This document shows positions 19,699 to 29,421 of a stretch of 64,000 nucleotides of DNA, in pieces. The stretch lies in assembly GCA_034421295.1 (NCBI GenBank), contig DAOUKM010000003.1, forward strand, positions 130,709-194,708, written 5' to 3'. Below the pieces are notes generated by a model. It saw only the letters and a list, made by a program, of their open reading frames with translations, was not told the origin of the DNA and did no database searches. The translations under genes were made by a program, and so were the position numbers. Numbering within the stretch: position 1 is the first letter of the stretch; each line of letters starts with the position of its first letter. Origin of the DNA: Dehalococcoidia bacterium. GTDB lineage: Bacteria; Chloroflexota; Dehalococcoidia; Lucifugimonadales; UBA2962.

Positions 19699-20266
19699 CA
19701 GCTAACTCCTTTCATACCGGCGCCGGCGTCCCGCAACTTGAGCTTGCCCTGATCCACGATTCTTGCAATCAAGGTCCCCGGCAGTCTTCTCAAAGCGGTA
19801 AGGGCTCTGGGCCAAGCATGATACTCCCAAGAGATTACCGCTCCCTAGCGCTGGCCGGTCGCCATCGTGATTCTCCCATGGTCGGCAAATGACTTAACGA
19901 TACTCCCTCTGGATAGCCGACCTGACACCCGAACGAACCGGCCGCGGGCTCTGAAACGCCACGCTGCGTTGCATGGAGTGTAGGGGAGGGTCCCGCCAGC
20001 GGCCGATGAGATGAGGTAGCCGCAGCCGTGGTTCGTCCCGTTCTCCGGGCTAACAGGCGAACGCCCGCGCATGGCGTCGGACTGTCTCACGGATGTCGGG
20101 ATGCGGGATCCGGGGAATGGGAGAGCCCACTTCTCGCGGCAAGAGCTTGGTCCCTGCATACTGGCGCCAGCGCGTTCACGGTGACCGCCCGGCCACCAAT
20201 CGGTCAGGCGGAAACGTGACCGCGAGAAGCCAGACCCTCCCGCAGCCCGGATCGCCTGCGATGAAC

Positions 20267-21253
20267 TCAGCGAGTCGGCAGGTCTTCCACCGGGTAGTCG
20301 AAGTATGTATTTGTAACCAGATCGTGTAGGTCTCTGCAGTAGATGTTCACCTGCCTTAGCAGGTCGGAACTGTCGTCGTGATCCGGCCAGTCATAATGAG
20401 TCAGGGAGGTCAGCCGGCCGGCCAGCCGGCTGGCGGCCGCGCTCGAGTGCCTGTCCGGTCCCGGTCCGATCGCGGCCAGTTCGCCGGCCACGTTGTCAAG
20501 CGACCTGCAGAGCGAGCCGGGAAGCAGTGGATCGGTGGCCAGGAGGTCTAGCACCTGGCCTGGCTCGACCTCGACGCTATAGCGCCGGCTGTAGGCCTCG
20601 AACGCGTGGTAAAGGCGCAGAAGGCTGGTCCAATCCGCCTCCGAGGACTCCTCGCTCATCTTGTCGATCGCGATCTGCGAGAGCAGGAGGGTCGCGGTCA
20701 GCTGGGCGCGCTCGACGGCGCGCCCGAGCTGCATGAAGCGCCAGCCTTCGTCGCGATACATGGTGGCGGCGGCCACGCCGGCGACTGTGTCCATCTCGGT
20801 CGCGGTCTCCGCGTAGAAGCTCTCGGGAGAGACCTTCCAAATCTGCTTCATGTCCAGTTTCTGGATGCGCAGGTAGGTGAGGTTCAGGCGGGTCCACATC
20901 TCGGCGCTGATGCACTGGCGCATCTGGCGCGCGTTCTCGCGGCCGAGGGCGAAACAGCTCCAGACCGAGGCCGGGTTAGATCGCTCGAAGGTCAGGTCGT
21001 CGGCCAGCGCATACGAGTCCGCCAGGGCGTAGGAATCCGCAAGCGAATAGTCGCCGTCTTCAAGCAGCTCGATGTCGCCCGAAGGGGGCTGGCGGCCGAC
21101 GCTTCCGTAGATTCGAATCCATCCGAAGTGGATCTCCCTGAGCGGTCGGTCCACCAGGATTTCCGTCTGCATCCGCAGCATGCGGCACAGGTGCTCCGCC
21201 CGCTCCAGGTAGCGGCTCATCCAGTAGAGACCCTGGGCGCTGCGTGCAAGCAT
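20267..21253 (-). CDS. alpha-E domain protein (DUF403)
   Basis: The real product starts at MLARSAQGLYWMSRYLERAEH (ATG ending at 21253), which is the hallmark N-terminus of alpha-E proteins. The 622-aa track ORF 20267-22135 is an artefactual upstream extension across amt. Confidence 0.85.
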   Translation of the reverse strand: MLARSAQGLYWMSRYLERAEHLCRMLRMQTEILVDRPLREIHFGWIRIYGSVGRQPPSGDIELLEDGDYSLADSYALADSYALADDLTFERSNPASVWSCFALGRENARQMRQCISAEMWTRLNLTYLRIQKLDMKQIWKVSPESFYAETATEMDTVAGVAAATMYRDEGWRFMQLGRAVERAQLTATLLLSQIAIDKMSEESSEADWTSLLRLYHAFEAYSRRYSVEVEPGQVLDLLATDPLLPGSLCRSLDNVAGELAAIGPGPDRHSSAAASRLAGRLTSLTHYDWPDHDDSSDLLRQVNIYCRDLHDLVTNTYFDYPVEDLPTR

Positions 21254-21258
21254 CGGCT

Positions 21259-22668
21259 TCAGTTCTCCTCCTCGTCTTCGTCGTCGAACACCTCCGGCAT
21301 CAGGACGAATTCCGGATACGACTCCATGCCCAGTTCGGCGGCGTCCTGGCCGAGTTCCTCGGCGCTGCGTGATACGCGTACCTTCATAGTCATCTCCAGG
21401 GCCTTCCACAGCAGCAAGGAGACCGCGAAAACGAACGCCCCGATCGCCAGAATTCCGACGAGCTGGACGTGGAACCGGCCCCCGGCGGCTATGCAAACCG
21501 CCAGGGTCCCCCATATGCCGGCGAACAGGTGGGCGGGCACCGCACCCACGACGTCGTCGAGCTTTATCCTCTCCATCAGCCTGAGCCCGGCCACGCACAG
21601 TGCGCCGCCTATTGCGCCGATCACCATGGCCCAGTAATGGTCGACTATATCGGGGCCGGCGGTTATCGATACCAGCCCTGCTATGGCTCCGTTGAGTCCG
21701 GCGAACAGGTCGATGCGTCCGAGAATGGGACGCGAGACGAGCAGGGCGGCCATCACTCCCGCGGCGGCCGCGAGATTCGTATTGACCAGCACGTGACTCA
21801 TCGCCACGGCGTCCCCCGCGCTCCCCAGGGCCAGCTGAGACCCCCCGTTGAAGCCGAACCAGCCTAACCAGAGGATGAACACGCCCAGGGTCACCACGAG
21901 GATGTTCGAGGGGGGCGTGGCTCTGGCCGAGCCGTCTCGGCGAAACTTTCCGAGCCTCGGGCCGACCACGATCACTCCTGCGAGCGCGGCCCACCCCCCC
22001 GTGCTGTGCACTATGGTGGAGCCGGCGAAGTCCTGAAAGCCCATCTCGTAGAGCCATCCGCCGCCCCACGTCCATGCGCCTACGATCGGGTATATGATCG
22101 CTGTGAGCGCAAGAGTGAACACGAAGAACGACCACATCTTGACCCGCTCGGCAAGGGCCCCGGAGACAATCGAGGCGGCGGTCGCCACAAAGACCATCTG
22201 GAAGAACCAGTCCGACATCGTCGAATAGCTGGCTTCATCTAGCAGAGCCGCTGTGGCGCCCTCCTGTCCATCCAGCAGGGCGAGCTCGGCGTCAGAGGGC
22301 CCGTACAGGAACCCGTTCCAGCCTATGAAGCCCCCTGCGATGTCCCCGTACATCAGGTTGTAGCCGATGATGAAGTAGGCGAGGCCGGCTATCGAATAGA
22401 GGCCGATGTTCTTGAGGCAGATCATGGAGGCATTCTTGGTTCGCACCGAGCCCGATTCGAGCATGGTGAAACCTGCACACATCCACATGACCAGAACGCC
22501 CCAGATCAGGAACGAGAAGGTGTTAAAGACGAACAGAGATTCGTCGTCGACGCCCGCCGCGTGCGCCGCCGCAGGCCGGAAGAAAAGGAACAATAGCGTC
22601 ACTATCCCCGTCGCCGCGAGGATGGCGGCGAGCCGGCGGTTTAGCAGTACACTCGTTAAGGCCTTCAA
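21259..22668 (-). CDS. amt: ammonium transporter (Amt family) with acidic C-terminal tail
   Basis: 469 aa and about 11 TM helices. Amt signatures are FAGSTIVHSTGGWAALAG, GFNGGS and VPAHLFAGIWGT. Confidence 0.95.
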   Translation of the reverse strand: MKALTSVLLNRRLAAILAATGIVTLLFLFFRPAAAHAAGVDDESLFVFNTFSFLIWGVLVMWMCAGFTMLESGSVRTKNASMICLKNIGLYSIAGLAYFIIGYNLMYGDIAGGFIGWNGFLYGPSDAELALLDGQEGATAALLDEASYSTMSDWFFQMVFVATAASIVSGALAERVKMWSFFVFTLALTAIIYPIVGAWTWGGGWLYEMGFQDFAGSTIVHSTGGWAALAGVIVVGPRLGKFRRDGSARATPPSNILVVTLGVFILWLGWFGFNGGSQLALGSAGDAVAMSHVLVNTNLAAAAGVMAALLVSRPILGRIDLFAGLNGAIAGLVSITAGPDIVDHYWAMVIGAIGGALCVAGLRLMERIKLDDVVGAVPAHLFAGIWGTLAVCIAAGGRFHVQLVGILAIGAFVFAVSLLLWKALEMTMKVRVSRSAEELGQDAAELGMESYPEFVLMPEVFDDEDEEEN

Positions 22669-22721
22669 ATCCGTTCTCCTTTATGCATGAACTGACCTGC
22701 CTGTCGTCGTCGGCCTGCTGA

Positions 22722-24191
22722 TCACTCGTCTAAGACCCACAGGTCCTTTCCTCCTCCACCCTGGCTGGAGTTGACGACCAGGCTCCCGCGCCTGAGCGCC
22801 ACCCTGCAGAAGGCCCCCGGCACAAGGCGCGTTTTGCTTCCGTGCAGTACGAAGGGCCGCAGGTCCACATGCCGCGGCTCGAAGCGGCCCTCAATCAGGC
22901 AGGGTGAACGCGAAAGGGCCAGGGTTGGCTGGGAGACGAAGTCGGCCGGATCGGCCCGCACCTCATCGGCGTACCTATCGCGTTCCTCGGGCGTCGAGTG
23001 AGGCCCTACCAGCATGCCGTAGCCACCCGAACCTCCAACCCTTTTGACCACGAGCTTGTCCAGGTTGTCCAGTGTGTACTCCAGATCCTCCGGCCTGCGG
23101 CACAGGTAGGTCTCCACATTGGACAGCACGGGCTCCTCTGCCAGGTAGTACCGGATCATGTCGGGGACGTAGGCATATACGCTCTTGTCGTCGGCGACGC
23201 CCGTGCCGGGAGCGTTGACCAGGGTAACGTTGCCGAGCTTGTAGGCGTGCATGAGTCCCGGCACCCCGAGCAGGGAGTCCGGGCGAAAGACCAGCGGATC
23301 GATGAAGTCATCGTCTACGCGGCGGTAGATCACATCGATGCGCCGCAGTCCCGCCGTGGTGCGTATGTAGACGAAGCCATCGTCCACCAGCAGGTCCCGT
23401 CCCTCCACCAGCTCCGCCCCGATCTCGCTGGCCAGGAAGATGTGCTCGTAGAACGCGGAGTTGTAGACCCCTGGGGTGAGAAGCGCGATCGTAGGGTTGA
23501 GCCGTCCCTTGGGCGCCAGATCGCAGAGGGTCTGTCTGAGCAGGCTCCCGTACTGCTCGATCTCTCGCACGCGGTAGCTCCGATAAAGGCGTCTCAGGCT
23601 CGCCTTGACCGCCTTGCGGTTCGCGACCATGTAGGAGACGCCCGACGGGACCCTCAGATTGTCTTCGAGCACGCGGAAGCCGTCGTTGGTCCGCACAAGG
23701 TCGGTTCCGCAGATGGCCACCCAGGTGCCGTGAGGAGGCGAAAAGCCTCGCATCTCGACCCTGTACTGGGGACATCCGCGCACCACATCGGCGGGGATGA
23801 CGCCGTCAGAAATGATGCGGCCCTCTCCGTACACATCGCTCAGGAACAGGTTGATCGCCTTCAGTCGCTGCTCGAGACCCGTCTCAAGGTGGCGCCAATC
23901 CGCCCCTGACAGGATCCGTGGGAGGCAGTCGACAGGTATTATCCGCTCCTCGGCCTCTTCGTCCCCGTAGACCGTAAAGGTGATGCCCTCGTTTGAGAAC
24001 GAGCGCGTGACCCGCTCCTGGATGCCCGCAAGTTCCTCACCGGAGAGCCGGCTGAGCGTATCGTGCAGTGGCACGCAGTGATCTCGTGGCGAGCCGTCCG
24101 GTCCGAACACCTCGTCGTAGACTGACGGATCCAGCTCGTAGGCATCAAATTCCACGGTGGCTTCCTCCATCACGACTTGCGGCTGGCGCAC
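22722..24191 (-). CDS. circularly permuted type-2 ATP-grasp protein (DUF404/DUF407)
   Basis: 489 aa. The conserved core VLEDNLRVPSGVSYM...RRVDDDFIDP...NAPGTGVADDK and the C-terminus VVNSSQGGGGKD are typical of this family. Confidence 0.9.
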   Translation of the reverse strand: MRQPQVVMEEATVEFDAYELDPSVYDEVFGPDGSPRDHCVPLHDTLSRLSGEELAGIQERVTRSFSNEGITFTVYGDEEAEERIIPVDCLPRILSGADWRHLETGLEQRLKAINLFLSDVYGEGRIISDGVIPADVVRGCPQYRVEMRGFSPPHGTWVAICGTDLVRTNDGFRVLEDNLRVPSGVSYMVANRKAVKASLRRLYRSYRVREIEQYGSLLRQTLCDLAPKGRLNPTIALLTPGVYNSAFYEHIFLASEIGAELVEGRDLLVDDGFVYIRTTAGLRRIDVIYRRVDDDFIDPLVFRPDSLLGVPGLMHAYKLGNVTLVNAPGTGVADDKSVYAYVPDMIRYYLAEEPVLSNVETYLCRRPEDLEYTLDNLDKLVVKRVGGSGGYGMLVGPHSTPEERDRYADEVRADPADFVSQPTLALSRSPCLIEGRFEPRHVDLRPFVLHGSKTRLVPGAFCRVALRRGSLVVNSSQGGGGKDLWVLDE

Positions 24192-24242
24192 TGAATAGGG
24201 GTGGCACAGTGGGCCCGATTCCCCGTGCCTGGCGCGGGATGA

Positions 24243-26432
24243 TCATGCTGTCTCTTCTCCTGCCGATGTCCCGTCACCGTTGTCTCCGTCTATCCCCCTG
24301 GCGGGCGCCACCAGCGGAAGGTCGATGATCATCTCCGTGAATTCGCCTTGCTCGGTTTCGACCCTGATGCTTCCGCCGTGCTCGCGAATGATGTCGCTGG
24401 ACATCGCGAGTCCAAGGCCTGTGCCCTGACCGGTGGGCTTGGTCGTGAAGAACGGATTGAATATCTTCTCAACGACCTCCGGAGGCATGCCGCTGCCGTT
24501 GTCTCGGATCCTGACCTCGAGCTTGTCCTCGTGACGCTTGGTTGCCAGCCGGACGGCCGGCATGTATCGCTCGCCCGCCTCGGCAGAGGCTTTCCGCCTC
24601 TCGTCGGTCGCATAGCAGGCGTTGCCCACCATGTTCAAAAATACGCGACCCAGGTCCTGGGGTATCACCTCGAGTTCGCCGGCCTCGGGGTCAAGGTCCT
24701 GCTGCAGGTCGAGCTGGAATTCCGAATCGGTTGCCCGGGCGCTGTGGTATGCAAGCCGGGCGTATTCGTCGAGCAGCATGTTTATCTCGGTGGCCTGCCA
24801 AACCGCCGAGCCTCGCCCCATCATCAGCATGTCGTGCACGATACGGTTGGCGCGTTCACCGTGGGACCTGATGCGCTCCAGGTTGCTTGACAGGTCCCCG
24901 GAGATCTCCTGAATAAGGTCCTGCTGGTCGTCGCTGATGTTCTCGCCACCCTCTTCAAGGACCTCGCGCAGTTCGACTATGAGCTCTTCGGAGACTTCGG
25001 AGAAGTTCTTGACGAAGTTCAGGGGATTTCTGATCTCGTGGGCCACGCCTGCGGTCAATTCGCCCAGAGCCGCGAGTTTCTCGCGCATTACGATCTGGTC
25101 CTGGGCGCGGTTGAGGGCGTTGAGAGTGCTCTCCAACTCCTCATTCTTTCCCTGAAGCTCCTCGGCCAGCTTCTCAACCAGGTTGAGGCGCTGGACTTCC
25201 AGCGCGTGCCGTCGGAAGACCTCCAGGGCCGCCGCCATGTCCGCCACCTCGTCCCGGCCGCCGATCGACACCTTTGCCTCAAGGTCTCCACCCGCCATCC
25301 TCCTCATCCACTCCGAGAGCATCTGAAGACGTCTCAGCAGTACCCGACCCACGAAGAGCCAGGCAATCATTAGGGCGCCTCCGACGCTGATCCCGCTGAT
25401 CGCCAGAAGTAGCGTACGGCCTGTGAAGACCGCCTGGGTGGAGGCGCGAGTGGCCTCCTGCGCGTTCGCGTTCGCCGTGCTCACCAGCCCGTCCACCTCG
25501 GCCACCAGGTCGACGGCGATATTGCGATTGAGCGCAAGCAGCACGCCCTGTCGCTCGATCAGGTTCAGCTCCCTGTCGAGCAGGTAGAATCCGCCTTCCT
25601 CACCGATCCCGACTTCTATCAGCCTCTCCAGGATTGGGGCTACCTCGTCTCGCAGCTCGGATTCTTCGAGCGCGGCCAGGGTGCGCTCGATGCGGCCGGC
25701 AGACGACTCGAATCTCTCCTTCAGCGGCTCGAGCAAGGGAGCCTGCGATACGCTGAAGGCGCTTTCGAGCAGATGGACCGCAATGCTGGCATCGGCCTCC
25801 AGGTCCGCCAGGTGCCGATACTGGCCCAGCTGGGCCTCTGAGAAGTATTCCTGCCTGCTGGCCGGGGACTCTCCAAGCTGGCGGTAGCCGGTCATCGTGT
25901 AAAACAGCTGGTCGTCGACGGCAGGGGCCATGATGTCGGAAAGCCGTTCGCGCAGGTGCCCGAGCTCGATCCTCAGCTCGCCGCTGCGCTCCTTTAGCGA
26001 GAAGATCTCGGACCGCTCGCTCTCGATGGACTTGACGTTTGACAGTAGAGAGGCGGCGTCGTCCTGGATTCCGACGAAGTGCGCTCCTCCGCCTCCGTCC
26101 CCGCCGAGGACAGCGAGTTGCTCTTCAAGCGCAGCGTGGGCCGCCGTGATCTCGCCGGCCACCACGTTCAGTTCCTCGGGAGTTGCGGCGGTCGTCAGGC
26201 GGGGAGCTGCGACCACGAGTGTCCCGCTGTGCTGGGCGACCCCGAAGGCTGCGACCAGCTCGGGCACACTGCCCTCATTGACCCGGTTCTGGACCTCGCC
26301 CACGCAGTTGAAGGAGAACCAGCCAACAAGGCTAGCGGCGACCGTGAGAAGGACGGCTCCGCCGATACCCACGTAGAGCTGGGTCGAGATACGGTAGCGG
26401 GCCTCAAGGACCCTCTTCAGTCGGGCGTTCAT
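24243..26432 (-). CDS. HAMP-domain sensor histidine kinase with large extracytoplasmic sensor
   Basis: 729 aa with TM1, a helical sensor of about 300 aa, TM2, HAMP and a coiled coil. The H-box is AHEIRNPLNF. The HATPase N/G boxes are DNGSGMP and GTGLGL. Confidence 0.9.
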   Translation of the reverse strand: MNARLKRVLEARYRISTQLYVGIGGAVLLTVAASLVGWFSFNCVGEVQNRVNEGSVPELVAAFGVAQHSGTLVVAAPRLTTAATPEELNVVAGEITAAHAALEEQLAVLGGDGGGGAHFVGIQDDAASLLSNVKSIESERSEIFSLKERSGELRIELGHLRERLSDIMAPAVDDQLFYTMTGYRQLGESPASRQEYFSEAQLGQYRHLADLEADASIAVHLLESAFSVSQAPLLEPLKERFESSAGRIERTLAALEESELRDEVAPILERLIEVGIGEEGGFYLLDRELNLIERQGVLLALNRNIAVDLVAEVDGLVSTANANAQEATRASTQAVFTGRTLLLAISGISVGGALMIAWLFVGRVLLRRLQMLSEWMRRMAGGDLEAKVSIGGRDEVADMAAALEVFRRHALEVQRLNLVEKLAEELQGKNEELESTLNALNRAQDQIVMREKLAALGELTAGVAHEIRNPLNFVKNFSEVSEELIVELREVLEEGGENISDDQQDLIQEISGDLSSNLERIRSHGERANRIVHDMLMMGRGSAVWQATEINMLLDEYARLAYHSARATDSEFQLDLQQDLDPEAGELEVIPQDLGRVFLNMVGNACYATDERRKASAEAGERYMPAVRLATKRHEDKLEVRIRDNGSGMPPEVVEKIFNPFFTTKPTGQGTGLGLAMSSDIIREHGGSIRVETEQGEFTEMIIDLPLVAPARGIDGDNGDGTSAGEETA

Positions 26433-27715
26433 GGAACCGTGTCGCGCAGCGTTTCGACCGGATAGTAATTCCCGTCCGAGCCTATCCTGGTCAGGAAGAC
26501 CTTGTCGGAGCCCTGGTTGTCGCCCTTGCCGTATCGCAGTTCGAAGCCGCCTATTTCGACCGCCGCGGCGCTGCGGAGACTGTTCAGGAAACAGCTACGG
26601 TCCACATCGCGACCGCAGCCCTCCAGCCCGGCTATTGCAAGGCGGCCCGCCAGATAACCCTCGAAGGACACAAAGCCCGGGACGGCATCGGGCGCGTACG
26701 CCGCCAGGGCCTCAAGGTACTGGGCCGTGATGGGAAGCGAGTCATCTGTCGGGAAGGGGACTACCTGCGTGACATACACGCCGGCTCCGTATGGCCCCAG
26801 TTCCTGGGCCAGAGCGTTGCTTCCCACGAACGAGACGGTCATGAAGATTGGGTCCAGCCCCGTGTGCCGCGCCCATGCGATCAGGGCTGCCACCGGCTGG
26901 TAGGCCCCGATCATTATCACCGCCTCGGGCTCCCCCCGGCGAAGGTCCAGCAGCGCGGTCTTGACGGCGGTGGTGTTGCGCGGGTACAGGCCAATCGACA
27001 CCGGCTCCATACTCCGGTAGTCAAGGGCCAGGCGCACGCCCCGGTATCCGGCACGGCCGAACGAGTCGTCCTGGTACATGATGGCGATGCGGTCGATTCC
27101 AAGGTCTTCGGTGAGACGGGCGACCATCTCTTCGGTCTCCTGATAGTAGGAGGAACGAAGATTGAGGATGTTGTCCCATTCCGGGTCGCGGAGAAACTCG
27201 GCGCCGGTGAACGGTGCGATGTAGGGAACTCCCGAGGCCGCGGCGACCGGAGTTGCCGAGCGAGAGGTCGGGGTGCCCACGGCACCGATCAAGGCGAAGA
27301 CGTTCTCCTCCTCAATCAGGTTAATCGTGTTTGTTATCGCCGCCTCCGGCTCGTAGGCGTCGTCTCGGGAAGTCAGCTCCAGGCGCCTGCCGTAAACACC
27401 ACCGCGCTGCCTGTTGATTTCGTGGAACGCCGCTTCGATGCCCAGTCGCATGTTCAGGCCCAACTCTTGGGCCGGGCCGCTGAATGCGGCCGACTGCCCG
27501 AACAGGATGCGATCGTCTGAGACTCCGGGGTGGGAATCGGGCCCGGTGGCGCCTGCCCCTCCGTCGCCGGTTAGGTCCGGTGTTGGGTCCGGGGGATCAT
27601 CCCCTAGCGAACATGCCAGTCCAATTGACAGACCGGCGGACAAGATGAGGGCTGAGGCCAACCCCCGCCAAGCCTGCGGTGGCCGATCCAGCGGCGCAGG
27701 CGGCTCCTGCTTCAT
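26429..27715 (-). CDS. periplasmic solute-binding lipoprotein (Peripla_BP_6 / LivK-like)
   Basis: 428 aa with lipobox LSIGLAC and a type-1 PBP fold (FGQSAAFSGPA...GAVGTP). 4-bp overlaps occur with both neighbours (27712-27715, 26429-26432). Confidence 0.85.
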   Translation of the reverse strand: MKQEPPAPLDRPPQAWRGLASALILSAGLSIGLACSLGDDPPDPTPDLTGDGGAGATGPDSHPGVSDDRILFGQSAAFSGPAQELGLNMRLGIEAAFHEINRQRGGVYGRRLELTSRDDAYEPEAAITNTINLIEEENVFALIGAVGTPTSRSATPVAAASGVPYIAPFTGAEFLRDPEWDNILNLRSSYYQETEEMVARLTEDLGIDRIAIMYQDDSFGRAGYRGVRLALDYRSMEPVSIGLYPRNTTAVKTALLDLRRGEPEAVIMIGAYQPVAALIAWARHTGLDPIFMTVSFVGSNALAQELGPYGAGVYVTQVVPFPTDDSLPITAQYLEALAAYAPDAVPGFVSFEGYLAGRLAIAGLEGCGRDVDRSCFLNSLRSAAAVEIGGFELRYGKGDNQGSDKVFLTRIGSDGNYYPVETLRDTVP

Positions 27716-28140
27716 TCAGCCCTGTGCGTGACCAGCGTCAGGCGGTTCTTGCCCTTCTCTCGCCGATAGTGCATCTCGTCCATCAGGGTCTTCACCAGGT
27801 GCACTCCAAGGCCGCCGATGGGCCGGTCTTCCATGGTCGCCCCGGTGTCAGGTATGGGTGCTTCGCTTAGCGGGTCAAACGGTCGCCCGTCATCAACTAT
27901 GTCTATGGTCAGAGAGTCCGGGACCGATGTCAGGGTGATCTCGATCTGGTGGCCGTCCCTGTCGCCGTCCTCGTACCCGTAGTTCATGATGTTCAGACCC
28001 AGTTCCTCGAGCACCAGGTGGACGCGATAGGTCATCGCCTCGGGCCATCCCTCCCGCTCGCCCAGGTCGTTAACCTCGGAGGCGATGCGGTCCAGCTCGT
28101 CCGGCCTACAATCGATCTTTAGTGACAGTGTCTCGCTCAC
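27712..28140 (-). CDS. RsbW/SpoIIAB-like anti-sigma-type serine kinase (HATPase_c_2)
   Basis: 142 aa. EELGLNIMNYGY...IDIVDDGRPFDP...GGLGVHLVKTLMD is the GHKL ATP-binding core of partner-switching kinases. Confidence 0.8.
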   Translation of the reverse strand: MSETLSLKIDCRPDELDRIASEVNDLGEREGWPEAMTYRVHLVLEELGLNIMNYGYEDGDRDGHQIEITLTSVPDSLTIDIVDDGRPFDPLSEAPIPDTGATMEDRPIGGLGVHLVKTLMDEMHYRREKGKNRLTLVTHRAE

Positions 28141-28191
28141 GTATCAAGCTCGCGGCGCAGGAATTCAGGGGCTCTCAGGCAGCCCTGGCCA

Positions 28192-29358
28192 TCACGTCTC
28201 CGAGCCTTCACGGCGCAGGGCCAGGCAGGTGATATCGTCGGATTGCGGGGTGTCTCCGGCAAAGTCGCCAACCGCCTGGAAAACGGCCTCGTTGGCGTCC
28301 TTGCACCCTTTGGGCGGCCTATCCGAGAAGATCTCAAGGAGTCTTTCGTTTCCAAACTCGTTGTCCTCGCTGTCCATCGCCTCGGTGACTCCGTCCGTGT
28401 ACAGAACAACAGTGTCGCCGGGGGAGAGCGTAACGGTGTTCTCCAGGTACTCGAGATCGGGCATAAGGCCGAGCGCCACCCCATCGGTGAGGGGCAGGAG
28501 TTCCGAGGTTCCGTCGGAATGGACCACCAGGGGCGAATTGTGTCCGCCGTTGGCGTAGGTGAACTCTCCGTTTTCGGGGTCGTACACGCCGTAGAGCACC
28601 GTGACGAACATCGAGGCGTCATTGTCCTCGTTAAGTAGGTTATTGACCTCACGCAGCACGGCGCCGGGTTGGATCCTACCGATGGATGCCCCCTTGAGAA
28701 GTGTTCTGGTGGACATCATGAACAGTGAGGCGGGAACGCCCTTGTCGGAGACGTCCGCGATCGCAAGGCCAATCTTTTCGTTTTCCAGCCGGTAAACATC
28801 GTAAAAGTCCCCGCCCACGCTCCGTGCGGGCTCCATGTTCCCAAAGACCTGGTAGTCGGAGCCCCGGGGGAATTGGGTCGGAAGGATCGACTGCTGTATG
28901 TTGCTGGCCACGTTGAGCTCGTTCTCCAGTGCGACGAGCTTGTCTCTCGATTGCAGGGCCTCGCGCCACTCGGCCATGTGCTTTAGCGTGCGGTCGATGG
29001 TCACCTGCAGGTCTCCAAAATCGAGTGGCTTGGTGACGAAGTCGAACGCGCCACGGTTCATCGCCGTGCGTATGTTTTCCATGTCACCGTATGCGGACAC
29101 GATGACGGCTCGAATGTTGGGATCTACCTTGGGAATCTGTTCAAGTAGGGTGAGACCGTCCATGAGAGGCATGTTGATGTCGGAGAGCACCATGTCTATC
29201 TCACGGTCTTCCTGCAGCTTTTCCAGGGCCTCTACACCGTTGTGTGCGAAGACAAACGTGTACGTTCCTGATCGAATCTTGCGCCGCATGCGCTGCAGCA
29301 TCAGCGGCTCGAGGTCAATTTCGTCGTCAACGACGAGGATCTTGTAGGGCTCCTTCAT
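28192..29358 (-). CDS. response-regulator receiver fused to PP2C (SpoIIE/RsbU-type) phosphatase
   Basis: 388 aa. The N-terminal REC domain has ILVVDDE...DMVLSDINMP. The C-terminal PP2C has GGDFYD...ADVSDKG...LYTDGVTEA. Confidence 0.9.
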   Translation of the reverse strand: MKEPYKILVVDDEIDLEPLMLQRMRRKIRSGTYTFVFAHNGVEALEKLQEDREIDMVLSDINMPLMDGLTLLEQIPKVDPNIRAVIVSAYGDMENIRTAMNRGAFDFVTKPLDFGDLQVTIDRTLKHMAEWREALQSRDKLVALENELNVASNIQQSILPTQFPRGSDYQVFGNMEPARSVGGDFYDVYRLENEKIGLAIADVSDKGVPASLFMMSTRTLLKGASIGRIQPGAVLREVNNLLNEDNDASMFVTVLYGVYDPENGEFTYANGGHNSPLVVHSDGTSELLPLTDGVALGLMPDLEYLENTVTLSPGDTVVLYTDGVTEAMDSEDNEFGNERLLEIFSDRPPKGCKDANEAVFQAVGDFAGDTPQSDDITCLALRREGSET

Positions 29359-29421
29359 TCCGAGCTTGTCTCCGTTTCGAAGTCGTTTGGTGCCGCTCCC
29401 GAAGACGAACCGGTCGGTCCG

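Noticed and set aside
20267-22135. 622-aa ORF in the track
   Set aside because: Only the C-terminal 328 aa (from MLARSAQGLYWMSRYLERAEH, start 21253) is alpha-E-like. The N-terminal part is an R/G/P-rich out-of-frame read-through across the amt gene, which has strong Amt signatures in its own frame.
20606-23909. Plus-strand ORFs 20606-21637 and 22998-23909
   Set aside because: They are antisense shadows of the alpha-E/amt and ATP-grasp genes.
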